A DNA stretch of 41,879 nucleotides, taken from positions 1 through 41,879 of IMG/VR virus record IMGVR_UViG_3300020059_000003. One strand, 5' to 3'. Made by a program: the position numbers and the translations under genes. The DNA is from a virus. Lineage: Duplodnaviria > Caudoviricetes. Below are positions 17,551 through 25,800 of this stretch, piece by piece. The notes under the pieces are model-generated. The model did not search any database. It was given only the letters and a program-made list of their open reading frames with translations, and was not told the origin of the DNA. Positions within the stretch are counted from its first letter, which is position 1. Each line of letters starts with the position of its first letter.

Positions 17551-18302
17551 CCTTTCTCAACAGTTACTACTGGTGGAACTGTAGTTGATACAGGAGTCGC
17601 TGCGACTGTGATTTCAGTAATAACTGGAAGTTCGGCTTTAATCATTGCTGCAGCTCCTTGTGCAGCAGAATTATTCACATTATCAGCAACAAGATTAGAC
17701 ACTTGCTTGAGCACACCAGCGGCTTCCTGATGGTCTTTTAGGTATTGCTTGAATTTCGCGTCGAGTTCTTGACCTTGAGGAGTATTTGAGATTACTTCTC
17801 TTGCAGTTTCAATTCCTTGAGTAAGCACTCCATTGATCTTGTCAGAAGTTTTGAGCGTACTTCGCATTTTACCATAAGCTCCAGCAGCACCAAGTAATAC
17901 AGCAGTTACAAGCCCACCAATTCCTGGTATTCCAAGGTTGGAAAGTGTTCCACTAATGGTTGCTACAGTTCCAGTAGTCTTGTTTGGTTTATAATCATAT
18001 GCTTCCACCCAATTTGTTGCTACAATCGTATTTGTTTGATTCACAGTCTTATACTCATAAGTTGTGTTGATTTGTGGAATCACAAGACCTGTTGTGTTTG
18101 TTACCGTAATGGTTTGAGTAACGACATTAGTCATAAATACTGGAACCAAAACTTGATTTGTCACATACCGTGGAACAAAATTAGTAGTGACATCGAAAAA
18201 TTTTGATTCCATAGCTGTTGGCGCACTCGGATTGGAACCGAACATCTTACATCCTGTACACAGTAGTGCGAGAGTAGCGATTAATGATAATACTGTCTTC
18301 AT
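17547..18302 (-). CDS. Thr/Asn-rich lipoprotein with a second hydrophobic segment
   Basis: LALLCTGC lipobox, repeated TN motifs, GIGGLVTAVLLGAAG segment. Confidence 0.8.
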   Translation of the reverse strand: MKTVLSLIATLALLCTGCKMFGSNPSAPTAMESKFFDVTTNFVPRYVTNQVLVPVFMTNVVTQTITVTNTTGLVIPQINTTYEYKTVNQTNTIVATNWVEAYDYKPNKTTGTVATISGTLSNLGIPGIGGLVTAVLLGAAGAYGKMRSTLKTSDKINGVLTQGIETAREVISNTPQGQELDAKFKQYLKDHQEAAGVLKQVSNLVADNVNNSAAQGAAAMIKAELPVITEITVAATPVSTTVPPVVTVEKG

Positions 18303-18532
18303 AGTTTTCTTTCTTTAGTTTCTTGTTTTTGTTCTTCTTTACCCTCCGTTTTGGAGAGACTTTTTTCAGCTTTCAAAAGTTCAGTCATACGACCATTGAT
18401 TTCAGTTTTGACAGTATCAAGTTTACCGGCCAAAACTCGACGATTTAAGATGCTAGTTAGTATTGTTGGAATTGCCACACTAGCTCCAGTAATAATAGCT
18501 ACTAAAACAACATCACTCATTTTGTGTTCCAT
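18299..18532 (-). CDS. small membrane protein (holin-like)
   Basis: N-terminal TM helix, charged C-tail, V...INGRM..L pattern. Confidence 0.65.
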   Translation of the reverse strand: MEHKMSDVVLVAIITGASVAIPTILTSILNRRVLAGKLDTVKTEINGRMTELLKAEKSLSKTEGKEEQKQETKERKL

Positions 18533-18849
18533 CCACTAACTTTTCCAGTAACTAAATCTCTAAAACGACATTTGAAGAATTCCGCTGGTTTGTTTGCAGG
18601 AATAGTGAAAGTCATAGTGGCTACTACATCTGTGGCTAAATACCAGTTCTGTTCTGATAGATTTGTACAACTCCACCATTCAACTCTTAGCGTTTGATAA
18701 TCACATGCCCAAGTAATAGTTTGAGGAAGTTGGTTTGTGTTGACTGCATACTTTGGCTTGACGAAATTGTTAGTTGGTGGCAACGGTGGTTGTGCTTGGA
18801 TGAGCACCACGATGCAGGCAAAGAGGAGGAATGTGGTGGGGAGTTTCAT
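18517..18849 (-). CDS. secreted protein with signal peptide
   Basis: ATG 18849 overlaps the upstream stop; MKLPTTFLLFACIVVLIQA; S.TNL...W...FF..R pattern. Confidence 0.7.
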   Translation of the reverse strand: MKLPTTFLLFACIVVLIQAQPPLPPTNNFVKPKYAVNTNQLPQTITWACDYQTLRVEWWSCTNLSEQNWYLATDVVATMTFTIPANKPAEFFKCRFRDLVTGKVSGWNTK

Positions 18850-20183
18850 GGCCCTGCGATCTTGTTGGTTGCTGCCCAAGCCGTGCTGTTTGGCGTCGAG
18901 GTCAGGATGTATACCGTGGCGTTACTATTAACTATTGCATAACCACCATGTGATCTTGCTGACGTTGGCCATTTAGATGTGTGGTTGGTTGCGCCAGAAG
19001 TGGGAACAAGGACTTCAAACTCTGCGCTATTTCCTCCCCACGCTCGAAAGGTTTCATTGGTTCGGTCAATGCTATAAGGCGTTCCGTCCTCAGCATCAAA
19101 ACCAGTGTTTTGTTTGTAAGCTAACGCCCAATAGTAAGTCCCGCTCGGAGCATTGGTAGTCACATACACCGAGTAAAATCCGGGATAATGATACTGAGCA
19201 TTAACAGACCCTATCATGCCTCTGGTTCTAAAAAACTCTGGTAAAGAATTATTTAATCCTGAACCCAGAACTCCACCGGTTCCACTATATTGATGGTAGA
19301 TGTAACTTACTCCGGGGTTAATCCCAGCTATACCAAATTGAAGTTGGTTCCCAGCTATAGCTATCCGATTGAATGTGAAAATAGCCTCACTATTCGCAAA
19401 ACTTGGAGAGCCTGAATGGTCTGGCCACAGGGCAATGTTTCCGTAGCTAGTCGCTCCACCAATGTCTCCAAAAGCACTGGCGAAATTTAGGTTAAAATGA
19501 CTAGCCCCCAAACTGATAAAATTTAGAAATTGTGCAGTTCCAGTGTTAGTGTATTCAATCCCTCCATTTGGCCCTAATAATTCAAATGTCGCATTAGTCT
19601 TCTCATTAAGGACAACTTTAACTGGCGAGTAAGAGACTGAGGAGTTGGTTTTGAATTGGAATATGCCGTCAGAATAGGTAACAATACCATCTCCACTTAT
19701 CCACTGTGCACTTGCGAATACTGCAAGCCCGTTTGTGAACAAAGAATTGCCTCCATCCATAAAAGCCCAACAGTCAGATGACACATCCAAGTTTGTGTAG
19801 AAGCTCCAACATGGAGCAAGTTCTTGGAAGTTATTCGTGCTCCAAAACCAATAAGCGGGCGGCAGCACGGAATTAGTTAAAATGAGCGGATTAGTCTGCT
19901 TCACAAACCACTGCTTACTATTGTAGGAAGAAACGTCGATAGTTTCACTAGCTGCGTTTTTAGCAGTGGTAAACCCGCTACTATATCCAACAGTAACGTC
20001 ATACACACTGTTGGTCGTCACGACAACCAGTTTATCGGTGGGCAAATTCGTCAGCGCCGCGCCACTACCAGTAGGATTAACTCCACCACTACTTGGTGGA
20101 GGTCCAATCGGACTTCCTCCACCAATTGCTCCACTTACTGATCCGCAAACCAATGCCAATATCAATGTTAGCAAGTATTTCAT
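18846..20183 (-). CDS. tail-fibre-locus protein with Sec-like signal peptide
   Basis: MKYLLTLILALVCGSVSGA start; GSGAALTNL fibre-type motif; G/S/T/N-rich beta composition. Confidence 0.65.
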   Translation of the reverse strand: MKYLLTLILALVCGSVSGAIGGGSPIGPPPSSGGVNPTGSGAALTNLPTDKLVVVTTNSVYDVTVGYSSGFTTAKNAASETIDVSSYNSKQWFVKQTNPLILTNSVLPPAYWFWSTNNFQELAPCWSFYTNLDVSSDCWAFMDGGNSLFTNGLAVFASAQWISGDGIVTYSDGIFQFKTNSSVSYSPVKVVLNEKTNATFELLGPNGGIEYTNTGTAQFLNFISLGASHFNLNFASAFGDIGGATSYGNIALWPDHSGSPSFANSEAIFTFNRIAIAGNQLQFGIAGINPGVSYIYHQYSGTGGVLGSGLNNSLPEFFRTRGMIGSVNAQYHYPGFYSVYVTTNAPSGTYYWALAYKQNTGFDAEDGTPYSIDRTNETFRAWGGNSAEFEVLVPTSGATNHTSKWPTSARSHGGYAIVNSNATVYILTSTPNSTAWAATNKIAGP

Positions 20184-20184
20184 A

Positions 20185-20451
20185 TTAAACTCCTTGTAGT
20201 CGAACTTCTTTGTCACCAGATGCCCCGTGAATGGCATACACAGCTTTGTTGTAAATCATCTTGGGTCCCGTGTTATCGAGCGTAATGGACTGGTTAGGCG
20301 CGACTGGCAGTCCTTCAGCAACTGTGGCTGCTGCAGTGCCATCATAACAGACGTAGATCGTCGTGTCAGAGTTGTTGACCATGTGAAAGAAGTCACGATT
20401 ACCAGCTATTGCTAATAATGTGCTTGTTGCTTGAACTTGAACTGCTGTCAT
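20185..20451 (-). CDS. small virion beta-sandwich protein (tail or decoration)
   Basis: R....VNNS...IYV......A....G..V.P pattern common in virion accessory proteins. Confidence 0.65.
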   Translation of the reverse strand: MTAVQVQATSTLLAIAGNRDFFHMVNNSDTTIYVCYDGTAAATVAEGLPVAPNQSITLDNTGPKMIYNKAVYAIHGASGDKEVRLQGV

Positions 20452-20455
20452 ATAT

Positions 20456-23002
20456 TTATTGGCTTACTGTAGCTGATGGACGCATCCAGTATTCTTGGTG
20501 GTTTTTCCGCTCCACCGCGGATTCACGTTTTCGTAATGTTCCTGGACTTAGCATTTCTTCAAGATTCCAGAGAACAAAATAATTCAAGACAGGTCTTAAG
20601 TAAAACAAATTGATCCAGGGAGCGTTGTCCAGAAGTAACTTTCCCGCAGGAGCTGCTATATTTTTCCCTCGCGCGACATCTCCTTTTAGTGCAGCAATAG
20701 AATCAAATTGACCTACAATTGGTCCAGACAAAGTTCCAAGGAAACTTTTATAGTTTCTATCATAATCAGAAAGTAATACATCTCCTAGTATCCCGAGACT
20801 TCCACCACGAATAGCGGCATCATTTACTGCAGCCCAATTTAATCCACCTTCAGGTGTTGTAAGTGGTTTAGGTTCTTTTCCAGCAAGCGCATCTCTCACT
20901 ACACCAGACAAATAACCTGCTGCTGTTCCCATAGCAACTAACATCGCGAGATTGAACTTACCACGATGATCTGAAAGCATCCATTCTTTAAGTGAATTCG
21001 CTCCGTTTCCATAAATATTACGTGTTACGATTTTGTCCATGATTGTTATTGGAAATGACTTAAACAGGGTTATGAGGCGGACTGCTTCTCCAAGCGGTGT
21101 TCCTGCTTGGCTGTTCAATGTTGTATACATGCGCTCTTTCGCACCAGGTGTTGGAATAGCAATATCGATACGATCAGCAAAGTATGTGCGTAATGATGTT
21201 TCGATTTGATCTCTCTTACGAAGAATATTTGCCTCAGATGGATTCTTATCGTCTTGAATTACTAATTTACTAATAACCTCATCGGGTATCTGGTGAACCA
21301 TGTCAGGTGTTATAACTTTTCCAACACTGTTATCTGGCGCATACACAGTGGATCTTAGGGCATCCCAAGTGGAACCATGAATGTCATACAATGATAACAC
21401 CTTACTCAAATCATCCGGTAACTCTGTGGATGAGAAATGTGCATGTTCTCCTAAATGTGCAGCCATGAGTTCCCCAGCACTGGCTTTATTCGCGTCCGTC
21501 CATGCATTAAGAAGATTCAGGTCAAAGAAGGACTTCTGTGCTTTATGTGCCCAACCACTCATGGTCGAGTGATTTGAGTAACGAGATAAGGCATTTCCAA
21601 GCAATCCATCCATTGCAACTCCCATCAATCTTAAAAAGGACTTTTGTTCTGCTCCACGAGGAAACATTCCAGTGAGTTGCTTTCCAAGTACTTGAAGTGA
21701 CGACATTCCTTGAAATGCCATTTCAGATTGTAGAAATGCTTTATCAGCAAATGATGAAAGAGTGACTGCTCCCATCTTTGAAAGTTGCAAAACAGTCTTT
21801 ACAGTCGAAATAAATCTATTAAGTCCTGGATTTGAAGGAACCTCATTACGACCAGTAAGTTCATTCATTGCAGCTTGGATTCTCCAATCATTAAGAGAAT
21901 CAAGTTGCACAGCAGCATCATCACGTGATCGTGCTTCAAATTTAAGTTCCTGAATCATATCCCTCAAGTTACCTTCAGGTTTTGATCCAAGATTCTCCAT
22001 AAGTGCTATAGAGCGAGTTCGTTGGTGAAGATCAGTAAGAATTGCTTCCTTAAAGTTTCGTATACCAAATGCCTGATTATACTGATAAGCTGCATCGGCA
22101 TCCTTAAAGTGAAGAACACGCTCCTCAGAAATCTTGTCTGCAAGAGAACCTACGACTCGTACACCAGACACATTTGCTTCATCACGTGCAGGTCCATGGA
22201 TTCCTGAATAAAGAGCTTCATGGATATTACGCATGATCTTATCAGCATCTCCACCTTTGAAGGTTGCTACAGGATCTAATAGAGGTAAGGTGAAGTTAAC
22301 CCAAGATTCACGTGATCGTTCGAGTGACTGCTTATTGGAACCAATTCCACCAAGTGCTCGTATTGCATCTTGATCATGTGTCTGACGAGTAATATAACCA
22401 GCAAGACGTTCAATATATGCCCCGGCACGATTTTGACGAGCAACAAGTTCTGAATAAATACTGTCGATTGTTTTAGCAACCTTGAACGCAGATTCATTCT
22501 TGGTTACTGGTCCAGTATTCTCATCTCCTGGTCGCAGTGCACCCATTTCACGATACACGTCTCTAACGAAATCCTTATCACTAGTGATGAACTCGTGAAG
22601 AACTCCTTCTTTTTCAAGTGAATCCACTAAGTAACCAAAGTATTTTCCATGAAGCGATTTCGCTTGATAATCAATTGATCGACGAGCACCTGGAATGTTC
22701 TTGTTGCCTCCAACTAATAATGAGTAAACTCCCTCACCAAAAGTCTTGAATCGCTTAGAAAAGTCTTTACCATTTCGTTTTGCTTGAATATCAAGTAATC
22801 CATTGCGTTCAGCGACCTTGGACATTACGAGTTCTTTATTCTTATATTCTCCAGCAATATTCTTGAGTGCTTCAGTGATAGGAATCTTATCACGCTCAGA
22901 TACTTGTGATGCTTCACGCATCATTCGAGCGGCAAGTTGATCAGCGTCTTCAATTGGGACGTCACCAGCTCCTGAAATGTTTGGTCCGCAAGGTGTTTTC
23001 AT
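20456..23002 (-). CDS. internal virion (ejection) protein
   Basis: Large helical protein; GY...THD, FKSFP, GG.LG..GD motifs; position in the module. Confidence 0.8.
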   Translation of the reverse strand: MKTPCGPNISGAGDVPIEDADQLAARMMREASQVSERDKIPITEALKNIAGEYKNKELVMSKVAERNGLLDIQAKRNGKDFSKRFKTFGEGVYSLLVGGNKNIPGARRSIDYQAKSLHGKYFGYLVDSLEKEGVLHEFITSDKDFVRDVYREMGALRPGDENTGPVTKNESAFKVAKTIDSIYSELVARQNRAGAYIERLAGYITRQTHDQDAIRALGGIGSNKQSLERSRESWVNFTLPLLDPVATFKGGDADKIMRNIHEALYSGIHGPARDEANVSGVRVVGSLADKISEERVLHFKDADAAYQYNQAFGIRNFKEAILTDLHQRTRSIALMENLGSKPEGNLRDMIQELKFEARSRDDAAVQLDSLNDWRIQAAMNELTGRNEVPSNPGLNRFISTVKTVLQLSKMGAVTLSSFADKAFLQSEMAFQGMSSLQVLGKQLTGMFPRGAEQKSFLRLMGVAMDGLLGNALSRYSNHSTMSGWAHKAQKSFFDLNLLNAWTDANKASAGELMAAHLGEHAHFSSTELPDDLSKVLSLYDIHGSTWDALRSTVYAPDNSVGKVITPDMVHQIPDEVISKLVIQDDKNPSEANILRKRDQIETSLRTYFADRIDIAIPTPGAKERMYTTLNSQAGTPLGEAVRLITLFKSFPITIMDKIVTRNIYGNGANSLKEWMLSDHRGKFNLAMLVAMGTAAGYLSGVVRDALAGKEPKPLTTPEGGLNWAAVNDAAIRGGSLGILGDVLLSDYDRNYKSFLGTLSGPIVGQFDSIAALKGDVARGKNIAAPAGKLLLDNAPWINLFYLRPVLNYFVLWNLEEMLSPGTLRKRESAVERKNHQEYWMRPSATVSQ

Positions 23003-25800
23003 GCTATTTTCTTAAGGATGCATTCGAGCGCCGCGTCAATGGCCTCCGTGCGTGGGTTCATGGATTCGATCTTTTGGTTTAATGAATCAGATCTTAAAAA
23101 AGTTTCTTCAGGAGTGAGTTTTTGATGGTCACCAATTAAGTTTCCATAATCTTCATCCATTACACTTTTAGGAATCTTATCTGTTTCTAAAAGTTGTTTT
23201 GCATCTAAATCTTGAAGAGAAATATGTCCAACTGGTTCCCCATTTTCAATTCTAATAATTCTCCAAGTTCCTTCACTTCCTGGTTTAACATCACGAACTA
23301 AATGTAATTGGGAAACAGTTTCTGGATCATTTTTAATTCCACCGCCTTCAAAATTCCATGATTTACCACGTAATGCTTCTATATCCGTAGCACCAACCTC
23401 CTTGAACAACGCCTCGCGAATTTGGGTGTCGAGGTCCTTGGATTCGGTGGATTCAGGTTTCTTCAATTCTGCTACTTTTTGCTCAACTTCTTTAATTTGC
23501 TCTTTAACTTTTTCGATTTTGGCATCAATTTCTTCCCGTGTTGGGGGATTGAATGGACCATCATCTTCAAAGAAAGTTGGATCATTTCTGTTTCGTTCCA
23601 ATCGATCAAGCTGTTGTCTCAAGTGACTTGCTTCATTTTCGTGAGATATTTTGATTGAAGATTTAGGTGGATTCTCTTTGAAGAACTTCTCAAACTTCAA
23701 ATCTTTAATGTCTGAAATTTTCAACCCTAAATTCAGAATATCTTGACCAACAACTTCCATCACAGATTTAAGAAATTTAGGATCTTTTCGTAATTCAGGT
23801 AATGCTTTAATTGCATTTTCATGAATTTCCTTTACTGAAGCTTCTGGGTGAAAATTTGCATCAAAAGCATGGGCCATTTCATGTGAATCAAATAAGCTTT
23901 TTGCTAATTCATTAACATCCAACCCTTTTGGTATATTTCCTAATTTTGTTATATCGATTGGCAGCTGACTTACTGCCGCAGCCTTAATCATGCGGTCCAA
24001 GAAACTTCGACGTGACATGCCTTTTGGCTGATCACGCTTCATCCTAATATACTCCATCGCGTGATCAATCGCCTGAGAGATTGATATGCCAGCACGTAAT
24101 GCCTCACGAATCACGATAAGCGCGCCACGAGCAATTGGACGACTGACGAGGTCAAGGAGTGTCGTGGCGCCAGTCTCACCAGTTGACTTTCTAGTATACT
24201 GCTCAGGCTTTGAAAGCTCTTCAATTCGCTTTTCCACTTTAGCAAGTGCTTGTGCAAAAACTCCCTGTTGGTTTTGTGGAACCTCTGGTTTAGGTGTAGA
24301 CTCCTTTAATCCTTCAATATCTTTCTGAATCTTATCAACCTCAGCAGGATCTTTTGCAATATGTGTATGTTGATCCTGTTCCACCTTACTCAACACTGGT
24401 TTAATAGGTTCCTGAACAGGTTTCTCCTTAAGTTTGGTTAATGCGTCCTGAATTTGCTTATTACGTTCCTCAGCGACATTTCGCTGAAATCCGGGGTCTT
24501 CACGAAGGGAAATCTCTCGACGCTCAGCACGAGATGCTGAGATCATCTGTCGAGCCTCGGAATTTGAGTATCCTTCATGAACGAGCTCCTCAAGAGTAAA
24601 TTCATCATTCACTCCGATTCCACTATCCATGTGATCGGAATGCATTGGTTCAGTGAGCCCCGACATTACCATCGACTCGTTCCTGCCAATGAATCTCCCC
24701 GTATCAGTCACAAACCCCCGATACTCATCTGGAAATTCAACTCCCTCATGAATCCCCATCTCTTCTGCATACTTATTCAGAATCTCATAGTGAGGACTCT
24801 TGGGATTTGACCCAGTATAAACTTTTCCCGTTATAGGGTCCTTAACAGCTGTGCTAGCAATTTGTTCCCCATACTTTTCTCTAACGACACGCTCTACGTC
24901 TTTAATATCTACGGACTTAAATGCCTCTGCAAGTTGCGACATGTGTCGCCCAACCATTGCACCTCTTAATGCATTCTCATCCAATTTCGCCAACGATTCG
25001 ACATCAATTTCATTACCAAGAAGAGTGTCAGATAATGCTTTACGAAGCATCAACTCCCTAGTTTCAGGTCTCAATGTTTGGTAAAGTCGAATAGCGGAGT
25101 GTATACCAAGATGTAATGCACCAGCAAACGCTCCACCAGCAAGCACATTTGTCATGAATTGCTTACTAGTATATTCACCACCTTCTTGCCAGGTTGCAAG
25201 AGCGTTTGGGATTTCCCACATCGCTTGACCAACTGATCCCTGAATCATCGATGAAGTTAATCGTGGAAATGGTATTCCTGTTCTTGCTATTCCTTCAACA
25301 GACAAAGCACCTCGAGCAAGTGATTGTCTAAGTGCGCTTCGACCAAGAACTGATGCTTGAAGAGCTAGTTTTTCTTCACCAACAATTGGTATGAAAAGCA
25401 TTCCAAGATCAAGTGGATTTGACATTCCACCAATAAATGAAGCAGCAAGACCAGGAGCAGTTCTTAATAGTGAAGAACCATTCTGGATAATGAAATCACG
25501 ATCAATTTGATCTTGCGTTCTCTTTCTCATGAGTTGTGCGACAGTCTCACGAGTTGGACGATCAAATTTAAGATGGCCAGGAATTCCATATTGTTTATTC
25601 GCATCTTCAGGTTGTATAATTGGAGATGCATCATCTCCTGCTTCAAGAGAATACTCAGTCATTCGACTAATCGAATGATATGCAGAATCATGTTCCCCTT
25701 GGTGAAACATCGCACCAAGATAATCACCAATAGGAGTTGGTAACTGAGTCACTCGTCCTGATGTTTCGGGATCTACTTGACTAAAGGCGAATCCACTCAT
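22999..25800 (-). CDS. internal virion protein, multi-domain
   Basis: ATGA-coupled start at 25800; NPLD...FIP.VG hydrophobic region; inserted domains. Confidence 0.78.
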   Translation of the reverse strand: MSGFAFSQVDPETSGRVTQLPTPIGDYLGAMFHQGEHDSAYHSISRMTEYSLEAGDDASPIIQPEDANKQYGIPGHLKFDRPTRETVAQLMRKRTQDQIDRDFIIQNGSSLLRTAPGLAASFIGGMSNPLDLGMLFIPIVGEEKLALQASVLGRSALRQSLARGALSVEGIARTGIPFPRLTSSMIQGSVGQAMWEIPNALATWQEGGEYTSKQFMTNVLAGGAFAGALHLGIHSAIRLYQTLRPETRELMLRKALSDTLLGNEIDVESLAKLDENALRGAMVGRHMSQLAEAFKSVDIKDVERVVREKYGEQIASTAVKDPITGKVYTGSNPKSPHYEILNKYAEEMGIHEGVEFPDEYRGFVTDTGRFIGRNESMVMSGLTEPMHSDHMDSGIGVNDEFTLEELVHEGYSNSEARQMISASRAERREISLREDPGFQRNVAEERNKQIQDALTKLKEKPVQEPIKPVLSKVEQDQHTHIAKDPAEVDKIQKDIEGLKESTPKPEVPQNQQGVFAQALAKVEKRIEELSKPEQYTRKSTGETGATTLLDLVSRPIARGALIVIREALRAGISISQAIDHAMEYIRMKRDQPKGMSRRSFLDRMIKAAAVSQLPIDITKLGNIPKGLDVNELAKSLFDSHEMAHAFDANFHPEASVKEIHENAIKALPELRKDPKFLKSVMEVVGQDILNLGLKISDIKDLKFEKFFKENPPKSSIKISHENEASHLRQQLDRLERNRNDPTFFEDDGPFNPPTREEIDAKIEKVKEQIKEVEQKVAELKKPESTESKDLDTQIREALFKEVGATDIEALRGKSWNFEGGGIKNDPETVSQLHLVRDVKPGSEGTWRIIRIENGEPVGHISLQDLDAKQLLETDKIPKSVMDEDYGNLIGDHQKLTPEETFLRSDSLNQKIESMNPRTEAIDAALECILKKIA

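Noticed and set aside
17167-20451. Diversity-generating retroelement as in BPP-1
   Set aside because: No reverse transcriptase and no template/variable repeat pair seen.
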